64,000 bases of DNA from a virus (lineage: Duplodnaviria > Caudoviricetes), in the IMG/VR virus record IMGVR_UViG_3300035520_001860, positions 1-64,000 of that record. One strand, 5' to 3'. Position numbers and translations under genes: made by a program. Each line of letters begins with the position of its first letter. Position 1 is the stretch's first letter. The notes below the pieces were generated by a model. The model saw nothing but the letters and a program-made list of their open reading frames with translations. It was not told the origin of the DNA and did not search any database. Below, one piece after another: positions 37,828 to 46,235 of this stretch.

Positions 37828-40026
37828 ATGTTTAATAAGAAAAACAAGCAGAATAATCAAAGTAAAACACCTAATAATGTAAATCAGCAACAACAATTGC
37901 AACAAGCACAACAGCAAGGAAATCTTACACAAGAACAGAAAATGTTCTTAGAGCAATATGAAAATAATAATAGTAGCAAAAATAAGAGAACGTCCAAAAG
38001 AAAAGAAAAAGTGGACATGTATGACATGATTGTAGCTAACTTTCTTGCTGGAAATGCTATAATAGAACCTACGCAAAAGTTAAATAATAGTCAGATAGCA
38101 ATTGGGTTTAGTAATATTTCATCTGAAACACAGATTACTAAATATTACATGATAAATAGATTTCCAGACTGGCTGCAGCCAAGACTTGTTGATAACATTA
38201 GAGCAAGATGTATGAACCCTGGAGTGAAGATAAACTTTTATTTTCATTGTCAGCCACACAGAATAAACTGGGACTCACCTGAAATGAGAAACAGAATGAA
38301 TGTTTGGAGAGACTTTAGTAAAGAACACTCTGGATCAATAGATGTTTTTGATTATAGGGCACAGCATAGTGATTCACAGTTAAGAAACAGAATGATAAAC
38401 TCAACAAAATATCTTAATGAAGCAGAACTTGAATATAAGAGAAGCTTTATGAAAGTATATTTTATTATAACAATTTCTGCAAAACGTGATGAAAATAGCT
38501 TGGCAAACATGTCAGATTCAATTAGTTCACTGAAGAATCTATGTAGTCAGTCTGATATTAAGCTAACAGAACTTAGGGTAAACATGATCGATTGGTTAAG
38601 GGCAATATCGCCATTCTCATTGAACCCTCTTAAAGAAGTTGAAAGCAAATTAGCTAAAAGAGTATTTACTGATGATTTGTTAGCTAACTTTAATAGTTAT
38701 AAACAAGGACGTGTTGGTAATGAAGGTGTATGTCTTGGAATAGATATACTATCACAGACTCCAGTAATGAGAAAATTTAAGAAAGACCCTGATGCAGCTG
38801 ATAACTGGTTAATAAGTGCTGGTACAGGTGGTGGTAAGTCTTTCTGGGTTAAATCATTATTGACATATCTATTAGCAGATGGATTTGTATGTTGTGTAAT
38901 GGACTACGAAGGTGATGAATATACAAACCTAGCAAACTTTATTAGAGCAGGAAATCCAGATGATGTTAAAATAGTTTCTATGGGTAAGGGCAGTAATGTT
39001 TACTTTGACCCTTGTGAAATACCAGATTTAACTGGGGACCCACAAGTAGATGATGACCTTAAGGAAAGTGCTACAAGCTTTATAATGTCAATATTCAGAC
39101 TTATAGTTAGAGGTATGGATGAACCTTTTTCAAAAGAAGAGGAACGTGTAATGTCTCTAGCAATATCTAGAATGTATGATACAGCAGGTGTTACAGAAGA
39201 TAAGAAAACATGGCACAGAAGTAAAGGATTAAGACTACACGACATATATCGTGAAATAAGAGAAATAGTAGATAGCAAAGAGTTAGTTGATAATGATGCA
39301 GATAATCTTAAACACAAAGCAGCCGTTTCTATCATGGATTCATCAAGTATTTATTTTGAGCCTGGTGAGACAAAATCAGAAGTGTTTAAACAGCCTATGA
39401 GTGCTAATGAGTTATATAAAGGTAAGTTTATTGTATTCTCATTTGGTATGAAAGGTGCAGTAGCATCTGCAACAGACCCAGTAATACTTGGACTAAAGCA
39501 ATTATCTGTTGCATACGTTAATATTCAGATATCTAACTATTGCAAATATGTTCGACATTGCTTTAATGTGAAGGTCTGGGAAGAATTTCAAAGGTACGGT
39601 GAAGTTAAGGGTAGTGCCGAGACTATTGCAAACAGCATAACAGGCGGTCGTAAACGAGGCGACGTTAACTTCATTATAACAAATGACTTAGCAGCAATGC
39701 TTGATGATGAAAATACATTAAGTAAAAAGCTTAGACAAAATATACAAAATTTTGCAATAGGAAAGATACCTGATGCATCTACACGAGCAGAGTTTTGTAA
39801 GAAATTTGACCAGCAAGAAATAGCATTGGCACTTGATAATATTGCTAAAGCACATGCAGCTCAGCAATCTGGAGCACAGAAAGTATCAGGTTCACAAAGT
39901 AGATACAAAAATGCATTCTGTGTAGCACTGGAGGATGGAAAGAAGGCAACTGTAAAAGTAAGGCTTCCTTCGGCACTTATGAAATCTTCACTATTCAAAA
40001 CTGGTGTAGACGTAAAAGATGAATAA
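37828..40026 (+). CDS. virB4: VirB4-family conjugation/T4SS ATPase
   Basis: Walker A AGTGGGKS, VMDYEGDEY, YFDP, WEEFQRY (Walker B), GGRKRG; Gln-rich N-terminus. Confidence 0.82.
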   Translation: MFNKKNKQNNQSKTPNNVNQQQQLQQAQQQGNLTQEQKMFLEQYENNNSSKNKRTSKRKEKVDMYDMIVANFLAGNAIIEPTQKLNNSQIAIGFSNISSETQITKYYMINRFPDWLQPRLVDNIRARCMNPGVKINFYFHCQPHRINWDSPEMRNRMNVWRDFSKEHSGSIDVFDYRAQHSDSQLRNRMINSTKYLNEAELEYKRSFMKVYFIITISAKRDENSLANMSDSISSLKNLCSQSDIKLTELRVNMIDWLRAISPFSLNPLKEVESKLAKRVFTDDLLANFNSYKQGRVGNEGVCLGIDILSQTPVMRKFKKDPDAADNWLISAGTGGGKSFWVKSLLTYLLADGFVCCVMDYEGDEYTNLANFIRAGNPDDVKIVSMGKGSNVYFDPCEIPDLTGDPQVDDDLKESATSFIMSIFRLIVRGMDEPFSKEEERVMSLAISRMYDTAGVTEDKKTWHRSKGLRLHDIYREIREIVDSKELVDNDADNLKHKAAVSIMDSSSIYFEPGETKSEVFKQPMSANELYKGKFIVFSFGMKGAVASATDPVILGLKQLSVAYVNIQISNYCKYVRHCFNVKVWEEFQRYGEVKGSAETIANSITGGRKRGDVNFIITNDLAAMLDDENTLSKKLRQNIQNFAIGKIPDASTRAEFCKKFDQQEIALALDNIAKAHAAQQSGAQKVSGSQSRYKNAFCVALEDGKKATVKVRLPSALMKSSLFKTGVDVKDE

Positions 40027-40040
40027 AACACATATAGCAG

Positions 40041-40076
40041 AAAGGGTACATCATTAAAATGTATCCTTTTGTTTTT
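40041..40076 (+). terminator. Rho-independent terminator
   Basis: AAAGGGTACAT / ATGTATCCTTT followed by TGTTTTT. Confidence 0.75.
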
Positions 40077-40229
40077 ACATTTTAATAAACATAAAAAGAT
40101 TTTTATTTTTAGTTAATATACACAAATAATGCAACAATGCATTAACTACATAAAGGTAAATCTTATTATAGTACATTAACAGCAATATAAATAAATTTTA
40201 AATTATTATAATAACAAGGAGTAAAGAAT

Positions 40230-40385
40230 ATGTACTTTTTACTGTTTATAGTAGCTTTTATAGTTATATATGTAGCATCATTTAAAGATAACTTCACACA
40301 GGAAAATATTGAGAAAGTAGCTCCTGTTTTCGTGTTATTAGTATTTGCAACTTTAGTAATTATAGTACTAAAATGCATAGTGTAG
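40230..40385 (+). CDS. Small two-TM protein (51 aa; absent from the ORF track)
   Basis: AAGGAG RBS; MYFLLFIVAFIVIYVASFKDNFTQENIEKVAPVFVLLVFATLVIIVLKCIV*; ends 13 nt before the FtsK-like start. Confidence 0.65.
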   Translation: MYFLLFIVAFIVIYVASFKDNFTQENIEKVAPVFVLLVFATLVIIVLKCIV

Positions 40386-40398
40386 TGGAGGAGAACAA

Positions 40399-42753
40399 AT
40401 GGGATTATTAGACAACAAGATATCACAAGATGATTTGAATAGAGTTAATGATATAAGACATCATCCTGACCTCGAACCTGGTTTTGATGGTGGTGGAGAT
40501 GACTGGTTAAGCGGAGGTGACTCTGGCGGTGGGAGTGACTTTGATGGATTAGACAGTCTTTTTTCTGATGATCTAGGGTCCTCTGGTGGAAACGACATAT
40601 TTGGTGGAGGTTCATCAGGTGGAAGCTCTTTTGGTAGCGATAGTGGTACATTTGGCAGCAACAGTGGTACATTTGGCAGCAATAGGTTTAATAATGGAGG
40701 TACTTTTGGTAACAGTGGAAGTACCTTTGGTAGTAATGGATTCGGTGGTAATACATTTGGTAACAACGGATTCGGCGGTCTTGGTGGGCAAAACCAAATG
40801 CAGGGACAACAAGTACAACAGAAAGATACACTTGATAAAATGATGGATGCTGGGGCAGAGGCAGCTTCTGGCGTTGGGGCAATACTCGTTGAAATGGTAA
40901 AGTCATTCAAGGAAAGAAATGTAGATGACTATGGATACTTGAGTAAAAACCTAATTATTACTGGAGCAGCAATGCTAGGTATAAGTATCTTTGTAGCAAT
41001 TGCTGGAACAGTAGCTAGAGTAACAGCATTTCAATCTTTAGGAATAGAGTCAGCATTAAGTGGAGCACTGCTTGCAACAACGGGTATAGCAGGTTTAGGT
41101 ATAGCAGCTTTCATTTTAACTAAAATGGGAGATCAAGAACTAAATAATAACAACATTTCAAATATACCTGATGAACCAGCTGGTGATGACAATTTTACAG
41201 ATACATTAGATGATAACTCTGGAGATATAATGGATGACTTATTTGGTGATGACTTTGATGATTTATTTGGTGATGATACAACATCAAATATAGCAGCTGA
41301 ACCTGAGGAACCAGAACCAGAAGCAGAATCATTAGAGGTAACACCAATAAATTATAAGGATGAACTTGAAAAAATAAATGAAAACACATATTTATCTAGA
41401 CAAACATTAGTTGAAACATTCTGTAATATGTTCACAACAAATACTGTTGGTTTTGAAAAGAAAACAGAGATTAGTCCAGATTCAACAGAATGGAATCAGC
41501 TTGAGGCAATTTGTCTAAAAGCATTAGCAAACTTAGCAAACTGTACACTTGAGGAAGTAAACTCAAATTTGGAATCAGCAGACAAAACATTATTTGCTTA
41601 TGAACTCAGACTGAAAAGAATAAACAAAGTAAAACAGCCAGATGCTTTAGCAAAAGAAATAGAAATCTATGTAAGAGATGATGATAGTCCAGACGCAACA
41701 GTTACAGCTACAATCTCTGGTGATTTCTACAACATAATAATTGCAACAGGAGAAAATTATGTTGTAACATTTGGTGATGTATTTAAGCTTGATTATTGCA
41801 AGAATTTCTTCTTGAGTGATAAGAATAAGCTACCTATGATAACAGGTATAACAGAGTTAGGTAAAGTAATAGTCGATGATGCAAAGAACTTCGATACTAT
41901 GTTAGTAGCAGGTAAGCCTAGGTCAGGTAAATCATGGTATGTATTAAGTATACTCATGAGTTTAATTCTGTTTAATACACCAGAAGATGTTCAGTTTATC
42001 ATTGTGGATCCAAAAGAGTCAAACCTGTTTAAGACATTGAGTCTATTTCCCCATGTGTGTGGACTACATAATGATAAGCAAATCATTAAAATATTAGATG
42101 ATATCATTGAAGTAGAAGCACCAAGACGTAAGAAATTATTATCAGACAACAGATGCGATGATATATGGGCACTTAGAAAGAAAGGAATTAGACTTCCAGT
42201 GCTTTATTTAGTTATAGACGAGTATATAACTGTAATAAACAATTTAGACAAAGATGCTGCCAAAGAATTTGATGGTAAGATACAGACTCTAATTAGTCAG
42301 CTACCTTCCCAAGGAATCAGGCTCTTGTTCGTACCTCACAGAGCAACTGGGGTTGTAAATAAAACCAATAGAACAATGCTCCAATTTACGGCGGCCGTCA
42401 GAGCTGATATAGACGATGTAATTGATACACTCGGTGTTAAAAAGTGGGATAGAGCACTTACAAAACCCGGTGATATAGCTATAAAGACATCATCAACTCC
42501 TAAAGCAACATATGTTAAGGGTGCAGCATTAACTCCTAGTGACGAAGAGAATACACAATTTATGGAAACTGCAGCAGCAGCCTTCTATAAGATGGGTGTA
42601 GACATACCAGATATGAGTTCAATGAGAATAGCATGTAACAGAGACGAGGAATATGTTCAAAGTGAACTTGGAGCAACTGGAACAAACAGAGTGCAGTATG
42701 ATGCATCTGCAATAATAAATGATCTAGACAATATAGATTTAGACAACTTATAA
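40399..42753 (+). CDS. FtsK/SpoIIIE-family ATPase (TcpA/Orf21-type coupling protein or DNA translocase)
   Basis: Two TMs; LVAGKPRSGKS, IVDPK, LVIDEY, GIRL; Gly-rich N-terminus. Confidence 0.85.
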   Translation: MGLLDNKISQDDLNRVNDIRHHPDLEPGFDGGGDDWLSGGDSGGGSDFDGLDSLFSDDLGSSGGNDIFGGGSSGGSSFGSDSGTFGSNSGTFGSNRFNNGGTFGNSGSTFGSNGFGGNTFGNNGFGGLGGQNQMQGQQVQQKDTLDKMMDAGAEAASGVGAILVEMVKSFKERNVDDYGYLSKNLIITGAAMLGISIFVAIAGTVARVTAFQSLGIESALSGALLATTGIAGLGIAAFILTKMGDQELNNNNISNIPDEPAGDDNFTDTLDDNSGDIMDDLFGDDFDDLFGDDTTSNIAAEPEEPEPEAESLEVTPINYKDELEKINENTYLSRQTLVETFCNMFTTNTVGFEKKTEISPDSTEWNQLEAICLKALANLANCTLEEVNSNLESADKTLFAYELRLKRINKVKQPDALAKEIEIYVRDDDSPDATVTATISGDFYNIIIATGENYVVTFGDVFKLDYCKNFFLSDKNKLPMITGITELGKVIVDDAKNFDTMLVAGKPRSGKSWYVLSILMSLILFNTPEDVQFIIVDPKESNLFKTLSLFPHVCGLHNDKQIIKILDDIIEVEAPRRKKLLSDNRCDDIWALRKKGIRLPVLYLVIDEYITVINNLDKDAAKEFDGKIQTLISQLPSQGIRLLFVPHRATGVVNKTNRTMLQFTAAVRADIDDVIDTLGVKKWDRALTKPGDIAIKTSSTPKATYVKGAALTPSDEENTQFMETAAAAFYKMGVDIPDMSSMRIACNRDEEYVQSELGATGTNRVQYDASAIINDLDNIDLDNL
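40630..40780 (+). repeat. Coding short tandem repeats (GTFGSN/GGFG)
   Basis: AGTGGTACATTTGGCAGC at a 21-bp period, followed by degenerate copies. Confidence 0.7.
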
Positions 42754-42784
42754 AATATTAAAAAGGTATACAAGGAGATAATAA

Positions 42785-44767
42785 ATGGGAGCACCTAGTA
42801 TTCCAAAGGAAAACATTACAGGTTTAGTTGTAAAGGGATGGATAGTAGATAGGTATGACACAAAAGGTAAATGGGTATGCAAGTGTGAAAAGTGTGGAAA
42901 AGAAGAAATATTCAGAGCATATCATTTAAAAGAAGCACGAGTTAAAATTTGTAATCATTCAAATAATAAGGCTACACATACATTTAAAGATGATTTGACA
43001 GGAAGAACCTTTGGTGAACTAAAAGTAATAGGATTTGATATAGTGAATGGTGTGTGGAAGTGTAAATGTTCATGTGGAAAAGAAGTATACCATACTACAT
43101 ATCAATTAGTAACAAGGGGTGTGAAAACATGTGGACACAGCAGTGGTGTACTAAAAGACCTTAGAGGAAAGAAATTTGGAGAATTAATACCAATTGAATA
43201 CCTAGGTGATAGAACCTGGAAATGTGAGTGTTCTTGTGGAAAAATTACAAACGTTAGAACAACTGACCTTGTGAGTGGAAACACACAATCATGTGGTCAT
43301 CTTAAAACCGGAGCACCTGTAATAGACTTAACAAATCAGCAATTTGGAAACTGGACAGCTTTAAAATATGTTGGAAACAGCTATTGGCAATGTAAGTGTA
43401 CCTGTGGTAATATAGAAAATGTTCATTCATATACATTAAGAAATGGAACATCAACAAGGTGTTCATCACCATTGCATAGAGTAACAGATATAAAAGGAAG
43501 ACAATTTGGTGAGCTACATGTTGAAGAATATACAGGCAATGGATTCTGGAAATGTAAGTGTTCCTGTGGTAAAACAAAAAACATACTTGGAGTCAACTTA
43601 AGAAATGGAAGTACTAGATCATGTGGATGTATGACAGACAAATTATTAAGACAAACATTATTTAGTAGATACAATGAGATATGTCCATCAAGAGTAGATA
43701 ATGCAAGAAGCACACAACAGATAGAAATTTTACATACAAAAGAATTGTTTAATGCACTCCTAGTAGAATACACAATAAGTTATGGAAAACCAGATGCATA
43801 TGCATTAGCAGATATATTAGGCGTTAGTAGATATACAATAGTCAACATGGCTAATAAGTATGATTTACTAGATAAAATAAAAATATACTATAATAGTAGT
43901 AAAGGAGAAAACCAGGTAGCAAACTTTGTAAGAAACATATACAACGGAGAAGTAATACAAAACACTAAGAAAATACTAGATAATGGCAAGGAACTAGATA
44001 TATACATCCCAGATAAACACATCGCAATAGAATTTAATGGAACCTACTGGCATTCCACAATCTACAAAGATAAGTATTATCATCAACAGAAAACATTAGA
44101 TTGTCATAGGCAAGGAATACGATTAATCCATATATTTGAATATGAATGGAATGATGCAGACACACAGCAGAAAATAAAGAATCACTTAGAATTACTATTA
44201 AGTAACAATATACAAACCATTGGAGCACGAAATACAGAAGTAAAAGAAATAGATAAGCAAACAGCAAAAGAGTTTATAGATAAGTACCATCTTCAGAAGT
44301 ATAGTGAGTCATCGGTTAATATAGGATGCTTTTACAACAACGAACTGATTGGAGCATTAACATTAGGTCATCCAAGATTCAACAGTGAGTATCAGTATGA
44401 AATCATAAGATTTTGTTGGAAAGATAGAGTAAAAGTAACAGGTGGCCTAGAGAAATTATTTTCATACTTTATAAAAAATTATCATCCAAAGTCAATAATG
44501 GCATACTCAGATATATCAAAGTTTACTGGCAATTGTTATACAAAGATAGATTTCAAACCAATAAAACAAAATACAATCACAGAACCAAACTACGTATGGG
44601 TTGATATAGAAAGCAACCAAGTACTATCAAGATACCAAACACAAAAGAAGAAGCTAATAGCTAATAATTTAGGTACAGAAGAACAAACAGAAGATGAGAT
44701 AATGGATAATAATGGATTTTTCAAGATATACAACTCAGGTAATATTAAGATGCAATGGGAATACTAA
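42785..44767 (+). CDS. Zn-repeat / HTH / PD-(D/E)XK nuclease / Mom-like GNAT protein, paralog 2 (5 repeats)
   Basis: Five DL.G..FG...W.C.CSCG...SCGH repeats; HTH ALADILGVSRYTI; ELDIYIPDKHIAIEFNGTYWHS; C-terminal GNAT-like domain. Confidence 0.82.
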   Translation: MGAPSIPKENITGLVVKGWIVDRYDTKGKWVCKCEKCGKEEIFRAYHLKEARVKICNHSNNKATHTFKDDLTGRTFGELKVIGFDIVNGVWKCKCSCGKEVYHTTYQLVTRGVKTCGHSSGVLKDLRGKKFGELIPIEYLGDRTWKCECSCGKITNVRTTDLVSGNTQSCGHLKTGAPVIDLTNQQFGNWTALKYVGNSYWQCKCTCGNIENVHSYTLRNGTSTRCSSPLHRVTDIKGRQFGELHVEEYTGNGFWKCKCSCGKTKNILGVNLRNGSTRSCGCMTDKLLRQTLFSRYNEICPSRVDNARSTQQIEILHTKELFNALLVEYTISYGKPDAYALADILGVSRYTIVNMANKYDLLDKIKIYYNSSKGENQVANFVRNIYNGEVIQNTKKILDNGKELDIYIPDKHIAIEFNGTYWHSTIYKDKYYHQQKTLDCHRQGIRLIHIFEYEWNDADTQQKIKNHLELLLSNNIQTIGARNTEVKEIDKQTAKEFIDKYHLQKYSESSVNIGCFYNNELIGALTLGHPRFNSEYQYEIIRFCWKDRVKVTGGLEKLFSYFIKNYHPKSIMAYSDISKFTGNCYTKIDFKPIKQNTITEPNYVWVDIESNQVLSRYQTQKKKLIANNLGTEEQTEDEIMDNNGFFKIYNSGNIKMQWEY

Positions 44768-44789
44768 AGGAAAGACAGGTGGATAAGAG

Positions 44790-46235
44790 TTGAAGATTGA
44801 TTTTCTAGGGAATAAATCATCTAATAGCAACATTAGTTTGGGCACTGAATCATTGGACATTTCGGGATTTGACTTTGATGAACTAGATGACAGCAGCCAA
44901 ATTAATATAATAGAAGATGAGACGAACAAGCCTAATAAGCCTAAAAAGACAAAAAGCAGCATAATAAATAAGTTTTCTCTGCTTCAAAATACTCCAGAAA
45001 TACAGTCTGATGAAGTTATAGATTATTCACAAAATACAGTGGATGCAACAGATTTTGATTTTAGCTTTGATGAGACAGATAAAGAGATTCAAGAAAACAT
45101 TATAAATAACGATGAAGAGGCAGCTGAGGCTAATGCACTTATGCAAAAGATCCTAGCTGAGGATACTATATCAGAACAATCAACAAATGAAGATGACATA
45201 GTTGATATGGAATCAGATGATGGGATAGACTTTGATGAAGAACAAAGCTTAGAGGATGAATTTGACGGTATTGAAATAGATACAGATGATACTATTTCAG
45301 AACAATCAACAAATGATAATGACATTGAAATAGATGATTCAGATTTTGATATAGAAGACGATAGTATTGAAAATGAAGATGATGGAATGAGTTCTATAGA
45401 TGATTTAGATTTTGAGGATGATACATCTGATGAAGAAAGTGAATCAGATTATGATCCAATGTCATCAATAGATAATCTTGATCTTGACTTCGAAGATGAA
45501 GATGAATCAGAAGAGACAAATAATGAGACACAAGTACAAGTATCAAACAATACTGAGGATGATGAAGACTCATTCACACTGGAAGATTTGGACAACATAG
45601 AGGAACCCAGTAATAAAACACACAGTACTATTTCACAACAAATTACAAATAGTAATAACAAAAGTAATGAAATTACAATAGATTTAGAAGATGATTCAGA
45701 CCTAGAAAATGAACTGAATGATTTACAGAATGAGCTCATAATACAAGACAGTGCTAATAAGATAGGGACAACACCAACAAGTACTAATATAAATCAAAGT
45801 ACAAAACAACAGAACACTGATAGCAAACTGAAACATGAGATAGAATCAAATAATGAAAAAGTTTTAGAAATGCAACAAAAGATTGCATTAATGGAGCAAG
45901 AGTTGCAGAGGCTTAAAGGTGGTGGGGCGAAAGAAACTGCATCAAATATAGAGAATAATGTTAATATTAATGATGAAGTTGATAAGATTGACGACCTTAT
46001 TAATGGCAATAAGCCTAAAAAAGAAAACGATATTGGAAAATATGATAGATATGCACTAATGTCTACTGAAGCATTGTACAAAGAAGTTAAACAGTACATG
46101 AAAAAGATGGGAGTAAGTAAGAGACCCATTGATCAGTCAGCATTAAATAACAAGTTTGGAGAGACCAATATCAAAAAGTTAATACAAAAAAGCTATTTAA
46201 TAAAAGCAGGTAAAGGAGTAACAACAGGACGATGA
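44790..46235 (+). CDS. Acidic low-complexity protein with coiled coil and small basic C-terminal (wHTH-like) domain
   Basis: About 250 aa of D/E-rich sequence with DTISEQSTN repeats; C-terminal LYKEVKQYM...KFGETNIKKLIQKSYLI. Confidence 0.7.
   Translation: MKIDFLGNKSSNSNISLGTESLDISGFDFDELDDSSQINIIEDETNKPNKPKKTKSSIINKFSLLQNTPEIQSDEVIDYSQNTVDATDFDFSFDETDKEIQENIINNDEEAAEANALMQKILAEDTISEQSTNEDDIVDMESDDGIDFDEEQSLEDEFDGIEIDTDDTISEQSTNDNDIEIDDSDFDIEDDSIENEDDGMSSIDDLDFEDDTSDEESESDYDPMSSIDNLDLDFEDEDESEETNNETQVQVSNNTEDDEDSFTLEDLDNIEEPSNKTHSTISQQITNSNNKSNEITIDLEDDSDLENELNDLQNELIIQDSANKIGTTPTSTNINQSTKQQNTDSKLKHEIESNNEKVLEMQQKIALMEQELQRLKGGGAKETASNIENNVNINDEVDKIDDLINGNKPKKENDIGKYDRYALMSTEALYKEVKQYMKKMGVSKRPIDQSALNNKFGETNIKKLIQKSYLIKAGKGVTTGR

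Noticed and set aside
42785-44767. Nuclease paralogs as IS transposases, or as intron/intein-encoded ORFs
   Set aside because: No DDE/HUH/TnpB motifs, terminal repeats or target duplications are visible; the flanking genes are complete rather than split, and there are no intein or group I/II boundary features.
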